64,000 nucleotides of DNA. Source: Candidatus Hadarchaeota archaeon (lineage in GTDB: Archaea; CAYQAE01; CAYVLA01). The stretch's first letter is position 1, and each line of letters opens with the position of its first letter. The translations under genes were made by a program, and so were the position numbers. A model generated the notes under the pieces. The model was not told the DNA's origin. It saw only the letters and a list, made by a program, of their open reading frames with translations, and made no database searches. This document shows positions 38,379-47,283 of this stretch, piece by piece. The stretch covers positions 32,001 to 96,000 of the forward strand of contig CAYVLA010000001.1 in the NCBI GenBank assembly GCA_964452145.1. Direction: 5' to 3'.

Positions 38379-38917
38379 AGACCCACCTCTCTCAGGGATC
38401 TCTCCAGGGCATCCAGAGACCCTTGAACTCGGCAGAATTCTGCTGCCAGAATCTCAGACATCTCCCGGGCCTGTCGTTCCTTCCGATCGCATCCATGAGT
38501 CGCTATGTAAACGACTCTCGAGACGCCTGAAAGGAGGGCCTTCAGGGTTTTTGCCTTTGATTCGGAGGGCAATCTTCCGAGACCGAAGATCGTATCCATG
38601 TTCTCCAGCCAACCATCGGTGAGATAGATCTCCCCGGATCCTCTCTCTCGCCCACCCGTCAGGAGATCGATGCAATCCCTAGCTTGGGTGATCGTGACCC
38701 CCCTGCGTCCGGCCAGTTTGGACAGTCCCCCGCAGTCGCCGCAGACAAGAAGTGCATGATCCAGCAATTCTCTGTCGACGTACTCAACAAACTTGTCGGG
38801 AGGCAGGGAGTGACAGAGAGGCTCGAACCAGTCGATAGTGGATCCGGGAGATAGGTGCTTCAACTCCCCCTCCAATACGCAGCACGCCAGTATCTTTGCC
38901 ACGGAACCCCACGACAC
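38375..38917 (-). CDS. DUF1638-like Cys-containing protein
   Basis: ILACCVLEGEL, LCH, CGDCGG, DCIDLL, YLTDGW pattern. Confidence 0.7.
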   Translation of the reverse strand: MSWGSVAKILACCVLEGELKHLSPGSTIDWFEPLCHSLPPDKFVEYVDRELLDHALLVCGDCGGLSKLAGRRGVTITQARDCIDLLTGGRERGSGEIYLTDGWLENMDTIFGLGRLPSESKAKTLKALLSGVSRVVYIATHGCDRKERQAREMSEILAAEFCRVQGSLDALERSLREVGL

Positions 38918-39102
38918 AAGAGGGCCAAAAAATGTTCTCGAACACCTGGGCTAGTCCCAGAGTTGAAGTCCCAGGCAGACCGGGGTCGGGTACTTGACCC
39001 GGGGGACTCAGGTTCATCTGCCGTCGCGGTGGCCCTGGGAAGCGCACAAACAGCCCGCCGGATGGTCTCTCAGACACATTTTTGAGGACCCTGGGACGGG
39101 GG

Positions 39103-40383
39103 ATGGGGATGCCAACCAGATATGGTGTTCACTCGGCCCTTCTTCTCACCGTCTTGTTTGTGTTGTGCGTCGGATTCGAAGCCGCCTTAGGGTTGACTCC
39201 CAGAGGCAACTGGGTAATCGACGGGAAGGAGACTCTATCGGATGCCACCGCTATCTTCGAGGGGAACATAACCATAATGCCCGGCGCTGAGTTGACCGTG
39301 ACGGCATCGGTCTTGATATTCAACTGCACGAACGCGTCCCGCTATGGAGTTATCGTGAAGCCCGGCGGAAGACTGGCCATGACCAATGTGAGGCTTACGA
39401 CGATCAACGCAAGTGAGGGGTTCTGGTTCGAATGCCATGGCGCAATCGAAGCTAGGTCATGCAGGATCGAACACGTCTTCTCCGACGTGATCGGTTCGGA
39501 GTGGGCAGGAGGATTCAGGATCACCTCGGATAACCCCGTGGTCGAGAACTGCATCTTCGATCACACCAAGGGATTTGGCGTGAGGTTTGATGGGTGTCGG
39601 AGCATCGTGTTTAGAGGTAATCTGGTGACGCAGGCGTCGACCGGGCTCGTTGTCAACGCGTCCTCGGGGGTCGTGGCGGACAACCTCTTCTGGAACAACA
39701 GCGACCGACATGTCGTGATATCGAACTCCAATGGCGTTGATTTCACCAACAACAAGCTAAATGAGACTGGGCTCGGGGCGCTGATAATGTCAGCCTGCGA
39801 CAACATAAGGACCGCACACAATCGCTACGAGGGCGAGTTTTACGTCGTGTATGCAAAGAATGCGCGGGTCGAGATGCAAAACGAGAGACTGAGCGGCGGC
39901 CAGATACACATCGAAAGCATTGAGAATTCCAGGATAACGCTGATCGACTGCCTTCTCGAGAAGGAAAGGGTGAACGCTCTTTCAGGCTCCAGGGTAGAGA
40001 TGATGAGGCAGGTGACGGTGTGGGCTGGGTCGGGCGCAGGTGGCCTTTCAGGGGTCATCGTTACCGTGCGGGATCAGGCAAAGACCATGGTGGGCGAGGG
40101 GATGACCGCCGAGGATGGAACGGTCCGATTGCTGGTCTCCGAGTTCACCGTCACCGAGTCGGGCCTGCAGCTTCGAGGTCCGTTCGAATTCAGGGGCGTG
40201 AAGGGGATATACTCCGGCAGGGTGCGCGCTGAGATCCCGGCGGGCGGCTTGGTCAAGGTGAAGATGGGGCTTCCCTGGCTTTTCATTGGCATCGGGGCCG
40301 CTTTCCTGGTCCTTGTTCTGATCATCGTCTTCAGGCCCCCGGCCGGGGGGAGGAAGAGGTCCCGGAGAAGCGGTCGAGGCTGA
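39103..40383 (+). CDS. Cell-surface right-handed beta-helix (NosD/CASH-like) protein
   Basis: Signal-like N-terminus, Asn-ladder repeats (VENCIF, FRGNLV, VADNLF, FTNNKL), C-terminal TM plus Arg-rich tail; start uncertain. Confidence 0.82.
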   Translation: MGMPTRYGVHSALLLTVLFVLCVGFEAALGLTPRGNWVIDGKETLSDATAIFEGNITIMPGAELTVTASVLIFNCTNASRYGVIVKPGGRLAMTNVRLTTINASEGFWFECHGAIEARSCRIEHVFSDVIGSEWAGGFRITSDNPVVENCIFDHTKGFGVRFDGCRSIVFRGNLVTQASTGLVVNASSGVVADNLFWNNSDRHVVISNSNGVDFTNNKLNETGLGALIMSACDNIRTAHNRYEGEFYVVYAKNARVEMQNERLSGGQIHIESIENSRITLIDCLLEKERVNALSGSRVEMMRQVTVWAGSGAGGLSGVIVTVRDQAKTMVGEGMTAEDGTVRLLVSEFTVTESGLQLRGPFEFRGVKGIYSGRVRAEIPAGGLVKVKMGLPWLFIGIGAAFLVLVLIIVFRPPAGGRKRSRRSGRG

Positions 40384-40387
40384 GGAT

Positions 40388-40975
40388 TCACTTCTTTCCG
40401 ATGAAGCCTTTCAGGACCTCGCCGAGGCCAACCTTGGGCTTTCCGTGCACCTTAACGTCATGGCACTTGCTGCACATTCCCTCTTCCCTCAGGTAGCAGT
40501 CTCGACAGACGGCCCGGCCGCACTTCGGGCAGACTATCTGCGAAGTTATCTCGAGGGGCTTTCTGCAGCTGGGGCAGATCCTTCTCGCCACCTGCGAGCC
40601 GCGCTCCCTCACTCCGTAGAGGGACCCGATCATCTTCCTCAGTTCATCGTCGGTGAGGAAGGATTGCCGGTTCGCGGCGACCAGGACCGCAACCACGTGG
40701 TGGCAGATGGTGCCTCTGGCGAGTCCGCAGGAAAGGCACTGCGTCTGGAGCGATTCAAGATCGAATTCCACCTTTGACTCAGAACGCGATATCGCGGCGA
40801 CTCCATAGTCGCCGAAGGTTCCCTTGGCGGGATTCGTCATCCTGTGGTCTCGGCTGAGGCGAACCCCTCCGTCCGCAAGTTGCGTGCCTCTGCCTACCAC
40901 CGTGTCGCCAAACCTCTCCTTGAGGGCATTGATTAGGCTTGTCTCCTCCAATCCGATCCCTGTTCTACTGCTCAA
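40388..40975 (-). CDS. SWIM-like zinc finger protein with C-terminal 8-Cys zinc finger
   Basis: CLSC..ICHHVVAVL; CPSC..CPKC..CRDC..CSKC. Confidence 0.75.
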   Translation of the reverse strand: MSSRTGIGLEETSLINALKERFGDTVVGRGTQLADGGVRLSRDHRMTNPAKGTFGDYGVAAISRSESKVEFDLESLQTQCLSCGLARGTICHHVVAVLVAANRQSFLTDDELRKMIGSLYGVRERGSQVARRICPSCRKPLEITSQIVCPKCGRAVCRDCYLREEGMCSKCHDVKVHGKPKVGLGEVLKGFIGKK

Positions 40976-41174
40976 GCAGCTTCCAGTTGGAGACCTTCTT
41001 CTCCTCGAGGGTTTTCAGGGCCTGATCATCCACCTCAACCAAGACCTGCCACAGCTTGACCTTGAAGCCTTTCTGGGATGCCTCTTTGCCCAACATGAAG
41101 GACTTTATGTGGTCTCGGATATCGGCTTTGGCATAGGCGAAGTCGAGCTCAGTGTCAAAAACGATGTGCGGCAC
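40965..41174 (-). CDS. Small hypothetical protein
   Basis: MPHIVFDTELDF...; GC3-biased codons; overlaps start of the zinc-finger gene; AT-rich promoter-like element upstream. Confidence 0.6.
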   Translation of the reverse strand: MPHIVFDTELDFAYAKADIRDHIKSFMLGKEASQKGFKVKLWQVLVEVDDQALKTLEEKKVSNWKLLEQ

Positions 41175-41290
41175 GGCATTTCTCCCCGACGTCACCCGCC
41201 TAAGGGCTTCCGGGTTATTATGTATTGCGTTCGCCTTAGATTTCTTCCCGCTCCGGTCCGATGGGCTGCTCTCCTGAGCAGGGGCTAGGT

Positions 41291-42025
41291 CTACGGCTCA
41301 TATGAAGGCTCGTCCCGCAGGGACGACTCCAGCGCCATGACAGTGTCGGTCTGCTCAGGGGATGTCTTGAAGGCAAGCCTGACGGCCCCTTCGAAGCCCG
41401 CAACCCCTCCTGAGCAAACATGGCTAGCCCGGACTCCCGCAAGAACCTCAAGAGCCTCGATCTCGGTGAAGACGTCGCCTTTGACAGGGTACATGGTGGC
41501 AAGCGAGGCGTCTCTTTCCTCAGGGGAATTGAGCAACGCGCAGCAGTCTTCAATCGGATAAGGGACACACTTCTCCAAGCCAATGGGTATGAGAAGTCGA
41601 ATCCTACTCCCCATGATCCTCGGGTAGGCCAACCCAATCGTTCCGCCGATTGGACTCGTCGAAAGCACTCCAACGGTTCTGCTCGGATAGTGGAGGGCAT
41701 TGCCGCCCTTTATGAAGATGTCTCCGGATGACATCGAGGCAACGGCCTCATCAATCGCCATTCTGCTCGTCTTGCCGTCCACCAAAACGATCTCGGGAAT
41801 GTCCTCCCGCCGCCTGATCCCGGAAGGTGCGACGAGACCCCATGCAAACGGGTGATCACCCAACCTCCTGCCAAGGATCTCCTCCGCAACGTAGCGATTG
41901 GTACTCCCCTTCGCTATGACTACCATGCCGTGCCTCATCCTATCGAGCAAAGGGGGCCATCTGGCTATCCCCTTGCCGATCAGCCTCTTGGATTGTGACA
42001 CGCTGAGGACCATCTGATGGAGCAA
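41291..42025 (-). CDS. Conserved-looking hypothetical alpha/beta protein
   Basis: KGSTNRYVAEE, DIFIKGGNAL, GGTIG, IPIGLEK motifs; function not recognised. Confidence 0.7.
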   Translation of the reverse strand: MLHQMVLSVSQSKRLIGKGIARWPPLLDRMRHGMVVIAKGSTNRYVAEEILGRRLGDHPFAWGLVAPSGIRRREDIPEIVLVDGKTSRMAIDEAVASMSSGDIFIKGGNALHYPSRTVGVLSTSPIGGTIGLAYPRIMGSRIRLLIPIGLEKCVPYPIEDCCALLNSPEERDASLATMYPVKGDVFTEIEALEVLAGVRASHVCSGGVAGFEGAVRLAFKTSPEQTDTVMALESSLRDEPSYEP

Positions 42026-42046
42026 TGGCCCGCACCCAGGGTGAAA

Positions 42047-42955
42047 CTATATACCCATTCTCCTCGGGCCGGCCTGGCTTGCCGACCTTCGTTTCGCGAG
42101 AAACCTGAGAACTCCGATACAGGCAAGCAGGGCGATGAAGCCGAACGTTACACCAGAAAGAAGATAGGACACGATGAGGCCGGCAAGAACCGATCTGTCA
42201 CCGTACGCCATATCTCTGACAAAGTACGTACCAATCATGGCCCTCGACGCGATCTTTGACACTGCTGAATGGCGGTCCCCGATGGAATCGATCAGGCCCA
42301 GCTCCAATGCCTCCTGGCCCGAGTACGCAGACCCGTTGGCGATCTCCTGCAGCCTCTCCATGGTCAGGTTGGGTCTGCCCCGGGCTATGTCTGCCACCAA
42401 GATCTCGTAGGTCTTGTTCAGCTCACGGCTTATGGTCTCGTTCTCCTCTGCCGTAGGAGGCCTCCAAGGCTCGTAGAGGTCCTTGGCCGGCCCGGTTTTC
42501 CAGACCCAGAACTTTATGCCCTCCTTCTTCATCCACTCGCTGTAGTCCACCCACACGGATATGACTCCCAAGGCACCGGTGATCGTGTTGGCATGAGCCA
42601 TGATCTCATCAGCAGCCGACGCAACATAGTACCCCCCGGATGCCGCAATCTCGCCCATGATGGCGATGTTCGGCTTGCTTGTGCTCTCCAAGTATCTTCG
42701 AATCTCCATACAGGCGAAGGCCGCCCCGCCCGGGCTATTCACGTATATGATCAGTGCCTTGATCCGGGGATCTTCGTCTGCAGTGATCATCTGATCTGTG
42801 ATCTCCTGAAAGGAGTAGATCGGTCCGACGATCTGCACCAGCCCAAGTTGGTTGTTGAATCGGAGATTCACGACCGCCGCGCCGATCGCCAAGTAGGCAA
42901 GTGCTGCGACTAAGGTAAACAGCGCAATGGGGGAGGCCCTGCCAATGCAGTTCAT
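42047..42955 (-). CDS. sppA: Signal peptide peptidase (S49)
   Basis: VNSPGG, AASGGYYVAS, TITGALGV, KTGPAKD, GLIDSIG. Confidence 0.92.
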   Translation of the reverse strand: MNCIGRASPIALFTLVAALAYLAIGAAVVNLRFNNQLGLVQIVGPIYSFQEITDQMITADEDPRIKALIIYVNSPGGAAFACMEIRRYLESTSKPNIAIMGEIAASGGYYVASAADEIMAHANTITGALGVISVWVDYSEWMKKEGIKFWVWKTGPAKDLYEPWRPPTAEENETISRELNKTYEILVADIARGRPNLTMERLQEIANGSAYSGQEALELGLIDSIGDRHSAVSKIASRAMIGTYFVRDMAYGDRSVLAGLIVSYLLSGVTFGFIALLACIGVLRFLAKRRSASQAGPRRMGI

Positions 42956-43193
42956 TCGATCGAGACCATAAGCTGTTGCTCTGTTTAATAGCTTTCCTCG
43001 CCACAAGAGCGACCGATCGGATGAGGACTTCCCCTGCTTTGACCATCTGCATGAACACGGGCCTCAGCGAGTCCGATGTGCGATCACCGTCCCGGGGAGC
43101 ATCGATGGGTAACATTTAAACGAACACCGGAAACATAGATCAGACTCCACCCGGTCACCCTCTCTCCGTCCCCTTTTGGGAGGTCTGAAGCAA

Positions 43194-43841
43194 ATGGTCG
43201 ATTATGAGACGCTCGGCAGGAAGGGCACAACGACAGTCGGTTTGGTTTGCGATGATTGCGTGATACTGGCTGCAGACAGCCGCGCAACAGCTGGCACCCT
43301 GGTCGCCAGCAAGCGGGCCCAGAAGATATTCGAGATCGAGCCCCACATCGGCCTGACAACGGCCGGGGCAGTGGGCGACACGCAGGCACTGGTTTCGCTC
43401 CTGAGAGCCGAAGCACGCCTTTATCGGATGCGCAGCAAAGCTCGGATCAGCGTTCGCGGCTTGGCCACGCTTACGGCAAACATCGTTCATGGTCAGAGGT
43501 ACTTCCCCTACCTAGTCCAGCTGCTGCTCGGAGGCCATGACATATCCGGTCCGAGTCTTTACGTTGTCGACCTTTGGGGTGGGCTATCGGAGGAGAAGAT
43601 CACCTCCTCGGGCTCCGGTTCGCCCGTCGCCTACGGCGTTCTGGAGCGCGGGTACAGACTGGATATGTCTCTGGATGAAGGGATGGAGCTGGCGCTGGCC
43701 AGCGTGCGGATGGCTATCGAGCGAGATGCAGCCACAGGCAACGTGGTCCAGGCTGCTGTGATCGGCAGAGACGGCTTCCGGTTTGTCGAAGGCAAAGTCG
43801 TGGAGGAGGTTCTGGGCAGGATACCTGTCCAGCCCTATTGA
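43194..43841 (+). CDS. psmB: Proteasome subunit beta
   Basis: Propeptide ...KG|TTTVGL, AADSRAT, GSGS, RDAATGN; SD GGAGGT. Confidence 0.96.
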   Translation: MVDYETLGRKGTTTVGLVCDDCVILAADSRATAGTLVASKRAQKIFEIEPHIGLTTAGAVGDTQALVSLLRAEARLYRMRSKARISVRGLATLTANIVHGQRYFPYLVQLLLGGHDISGPSLYVVDLWGGLSEEKITSSGSGSPVAYGVLERGYRLDMSLDEGMELALASVRMAIERDAATGNVVQAAVIGRDGFRFVEGKVVEEVLGRIPVQPY

Positions 43842-43850
43842 GGTGGTATT

Positions 43851-44573
43851 GTGGCTTTTATGCCTGAGGGTGCGATGGGTTACGATAGGGCTATCACGGT
43901 TTTCAGCCCTGATGGCAAGTTGTATCAGGTTGAGTACGCTGAGAGGGCCATTGAGAAGGGTGCTACAGCTGTAGGCTTGAAGTGTTCTGAGGGCATCGTG
44001 CTGCTGGTTGAGAAGCGTTTCGCTTCTCCTCTGATTGAGCCCAGGTCGTACGAGAAGATCTTCAAGATCGACGATCATCTGGGTGCGGCTACCTCTGGTC
44101 TGATCGGCGATGCCAGGGTTCTGGTTGACAGGGCCAGGCTGGATTGCCAGATCTATCGTCTCACCTATGGCGAGCCCATCGGCGTGGAGGAGCTGGCCAA
44201 GAAGATCGGAGACTTCAAGCAGATGTACACGCAGTACGGCGGTATCCGGCCGTTCGGAGCCTCGCTGCTCATCGCCGGGGTCGATGAGGTCGGCCCCCAG
44301 ATCTATGTGACCCATCCCAGCGGTGCTCTCTATGAGTTCAAGGCCAAGGCCATAGGTCAGAACAACAAGACGATCAATGACTTCTTCGAGAAGAAGTACT
44401 CCTCTGTGCGTTCCTTGGATGACTGCATCTCGCTGTCCCTTGAGGCCTTGGGGACGACCATCGAGGGCGGCGTAACCAGGGAAAACGTGGAGATGGCCCT
44501 CATCCGGAGCGACACCCACATGTTCGAAAAGGTACCGGACGAGGTCATCGAGAAGCACGTATCTAGGAAGTAG
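43851..44573 (+). CDS. psmA: Proteasome subunit alpha
   Basis: YDRAITVFSPDGKLYQVEYA, RPFGASLL, PSGA. Confidence 0.97.
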   Translation: MAFMPEGAMGYDRAITVFSPDGKLYQVEYAERAIEKGATAVGLKCSEGIVLLVEKRFASPLIEPRSYEKIFKIDDHLGAATSGLIGDARVLVDRARLDCQIYRLTYGEPIGVEELAKKIGDFKQMYTQYGGIRPFGASLLIAGVDEVGPQIYVTHPSGALYEFKAKAIGQNNKTINDFFEKKYSSVRSLDDCISLSLEALGTTIEGGVTRENVEMALIRSDTHMFEKVPDEVIEKHVSRK

Positions 44574-45132
44574 CTCTGCCTCCTCCATCGACCTCAACAT
44601 GCTTGCCCCGGGCGGAAGGAACGATCTTCTTCCTCGCTCCATGGAACTGAAGGTTGAGTTCCCTTCCTGCATGGAGCCTGTCAAGGAATATTGCGAGGCT
44701 GCTCACCTCCGAGTGAGGCTGAGAAGTGACGGAGACGTTGAAGTCCGCGAGCTGGTAAACAAGCCTGGGCACTTTTCCCGCCCCGACCACGATCAGGAGA
44801 TCCTCACGGTCGTTCCGTTCCCTGACCTCCCCTATGACCTGTTCCACCGGTAGACCGTACATGGTTAGGTGGACTTTGATGCCTGTGAAAGCCTTCATAA
44901 ACGCCTTCCAGTCCCTTTCGTAGACGACCTCGAACTCTCCCCCCCAATCTCGAGTGACCTTGTACAGGGAGGAAAGCATGCCTTCGTCTCGCTCGCCAGA
45001 AAGCACCAGCCGGTCGGCTCCGAGTGCGCGTGCTGTAAGACCCACATGGGTAGTGATCCTCGTATCCCTGGTTCTTCTATGTCCCAATCTAAGTACCTGT
45101 ACCTTCACAGGGCAAAACCCGCTACCAGACAC
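44563..45132 (-). CDS. trm56: tRNA (cytidine56-2'-O)-methyltransferase
   Basis: LRLGHR..RD.RITTHVGLTARALGA, HLTMYG, QPHSEV. Confidence 0.95.
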   Translation of the reverse strand: MSGSGFCPVKVQVLRLGHRRTRDTRITTHVGLTARALGADRLVLSGERDEGMLSSLYKVTRDWGGEFEVVYERDWKAFMKAFTGIKVHLTMYGLPVEQVIGEVRERNDREDLLIVVGAGKVPRLVYQLADFNVSVTSQPHSEVSSLAIFLDRLHAGRELNLQFHGARKKIVPSARGKHVEVDGGGRATS

Positions 45133-45257
45133 CTCTCATCGGCGAAATAAGCTCTATGATGCTTCATTTGGCGATTAAAAGGCCTATTGGCAACATTTAA
45201 ATATTTTTGACTCCATAACATAAGTGCCGTAGGACTTCTCTGCCGAGGGTTTGGGCC

Positions 45258-45761
45258 TTGGAGCTGGATCTAGGGGAATACATAAGGGCGAACATAAGCG
45301 AGGAAGCTCTGGTGGTTGCAGACACGATATGGTCGAGGGAGCTGACGGACGAAGAGATTTCCAAGATAACGGGTTTCCGGATTAATAACGTGCGAAGTGC
45401 CCTGTACCGTCTCTACGACTGTCGGCTGGCATTCTACAGAAGGTCAAGGGACCCTAAGACTGGCTGGTTCGTCTACCATTGGAGAATGGACTCCGATAGC
45501 CGATCCAAGGTCCTGTCGAACCAGAGACAGAAGGATCTGAGGGTCCTCAGATCGAGGCTCGAATACGAGGAACAAAACATCTTCTTCGTGTGCAAGGCCG
45601 GAAACTGCTCACGCTTCACCTTCGAGATAGCTGCCGACAACGGCTTCAAGTGCCCCAACTGCGGGTCCATGCTCGAGCATCACGACAATTCGGGAATCGT
45701 CTCCAACCTCAGAGTGAGAATAACGAGACTTGAGTCGGGCTCGGATGGAGAAGTCGGATGA
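45258..45761 (+). CDS. tfe: Transcription factor E (alpha)
   Basis: TDEEIS..VRSALYRL..GWFVYHW winged helix; FKCPNCG zinc ribbon. Confidence 0.95.
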   Translation: MELDLGEYIRANISEEALVVADTIWSRELTDEEISKITGFRINNVRSALYRLYDCRLAFYRRSRDPKTGWFVYHWRMDSDSRSKVLSNQRQKDLRVLRSRLEYEEQNIFFVCKAGNCSRFTFEIAADNGFKCPNCGSMLEHHDNSGIVSNLRVRITRLESGSDGEVG

Positions 45762-46354
45762 TGTCCTCGCGGTCCATGGCCCTCGCCCTGATGCGCGAGA
45801 TCGGGGCGAGCAGGTCGGTTATAACCCATTCCGATCGAGTGGAGAAGGTCGCCAACTCCATAGCGGAGAGGATGACGGCCAACGGAGTGAAAGTGGATGC
45901 GGACATGGTCAGGCTGGGGGCATTGCTTCACGACATCGGCAGAAGCAGGTCCCATGGCCTGGATCACGGCATCGTCGGCGGGCGCATTATACGGGAGCAT
46001 CCGGCGCTCGACTTCCTTGATCGGGAGAGCAGGGAAGCCCTTGCAAGAATCTGCGAAAGGCATATCGGTGCCGGCATCCCATCTGACGAGGCGGTCAGAC
46101 ATGGTCTGCCCGAGGGGGACTTCAGCCCCCACACGCTGGAGGAGAAGATAGTCGCCCACGCCGATAACATGGTCTGGGACAAGATCCTCACCCCCGAGCA
46201 AAGCAGGAGGGCGTTTGAGGAGGAATTCGGCAGGGATAGCCCCATAGTGCGTCGAATAGTAGACTTGGCCCACGAGGTGGAGGGGCTGGCAGGGAGTCAC
46301 GTTGAGACAGATCACCGTATTGGAGAAGATCTACAGAAACGTTCGAGATGCTAG
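45758..46354 (+). CDS. HD-domain phosphohydrolase (TIGR00295-like)
   Basis: LLHDIGR, ERHIGAGI, EEKIVAHADN; typical tfe neighbour. Confidence 0.9.
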   Translation: MMSSRSMALALMREIGASRSVITHSDRVEKVANSIAERMTANGVKVDADMVRLGALLHDIGRSRSHGLDHGIVGGRIIREHPALDFLDRESREALARICERHIGAGIPSDEAVRHGLPEGDFSPHTLEEKIVAHADNMVWDKILTPEQSRRAFEEEFGRDSPIVRRIVDLAHEVEGLAGSHVETDHRIGEDLQKRSRC

Positions 46355-47033
46355 GGTGAGCCTGGCAGAGATGCTTGAGGAAATCCTCGAGTTGGACGTT
46401 CGAGTGGTCTCCGTAGTCAGGGGAAAACGCGAATGGGCAGAGATCGTACTGGAGGGTCCAGACGAAGAGGTTGCGGCGAAGTACCTGGAATCCCGTCTCG
46501 GGACGACCAGCACGATGGATGGCGTCGGTGAGGCATCCATACGAAGGGGCAAGATCGTTGACCTGGGAAAGGTCGGGTACGGCGTCTACGTCGATCTGGG
46601 CATCTTCGATCAGAATGGTTCTCCGGTTGACGCACTTCTCCCTGCCTTCTCCTTGAAGAAGCATCTGGGCATCAGGGGTCCGATGTCCGTGAGGCACCTT
46701 TCCAGAAGGCTTGGACTGATGGATTACCTTCCTTTGAACGTGGGAGTGGTCGCCGTGGACCGGGCCAAGCACGAGATACAGATCAGGCTCACCAATTCCC
46801 AGGCGCGCCACCTGAGCAGCAGGACAAGCAGGTTCTATGCTTGCGGGGAAACCAGGAGAAAGATTAAAAATGCGCTTCAGAGAACGGGTAACTCGAGCAA
46901 GGTCGTGAGGGTCAAGCGCCTTGGCCTCTTGGAGTGTGAGGTTCAGTGCTCGAAAGATGCAGATCCTCACGAGATACTGCGAGCGATCGGTCCCATGATT
47001 AACGCCCAGGTGACCGTTCCCCGGGGCCTGTAG
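46302..47033 (+). CDS. DUF2110-like archaeal protein
   Basis: GPDEEVA..YL, GKVGYGVYVDLG, RLGLLE; typical tfe neighbourhood. Confidence 0.8.
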   Translation: MRQITVLEKIYRNVRDARVSLAEMLEEILELDVRVVSVVRGKREWAEIVLEGPDEEVAAKYLESRLGTTSTMDGVGEASIRRGKIVDLGKVGYGVYVDLGIFDQNGSPVDALLPAFSLKKHLGIRGPMSVRHLSRRLGLMDYLPLNVGVVAVDRAKHEIQIRLTNSQARHLSSRTSRFYACGETRRKIKNALQRTGNSSKVVRVKRLGLLECEVQCSKDADPHEILRAIGPMINAQVTVPRGL

Positions 47034-47113
47034 TGTAGCTTGGATTCCGTAAGGACAGATAAGCACAGCACCCTGCGGAGGTGCATACTCGGGTTCAAAT
47101 CCCGACAGGCCCA
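47024..47113 (+). tRNA. tRNA-Arg(GCG) with 15-17-nt D-loop insertion (probable non-canonical intron)
   Basis: Acceptor GGGCCTG/CAGGCCC, D-stem GTGT/GCAC, anticodon arm GCACC-CTGCGGA-GGTGC, T-arm TCGGG-TTCAAAT-CCCGA; D-loop 26 nt; no encoded CCA. Confidence 0.9.
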
Positions 47114-47283
47114 CACCCTTCCGTTGACAAGATCATAGCGTGCTGCCCTGTCGCCGAGCCATGGTCGGTCCGAAGGCCGAGCGACTCGTAACCCCGTGCT
47201 CATACGCAGCCGAAGGCAGCCAAATGCGCCTGCTTCGAGCAGAGGTGATTTGGCGCAAGACCGGGGTCAAGACGGGTGCCTGG

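Noticed and set aside
38945..39008. Hairpins between the divergent DUF1638-like and beta-helix genes
   Set aside because: Short GC-rich stems with no further support; could easily arise by chance
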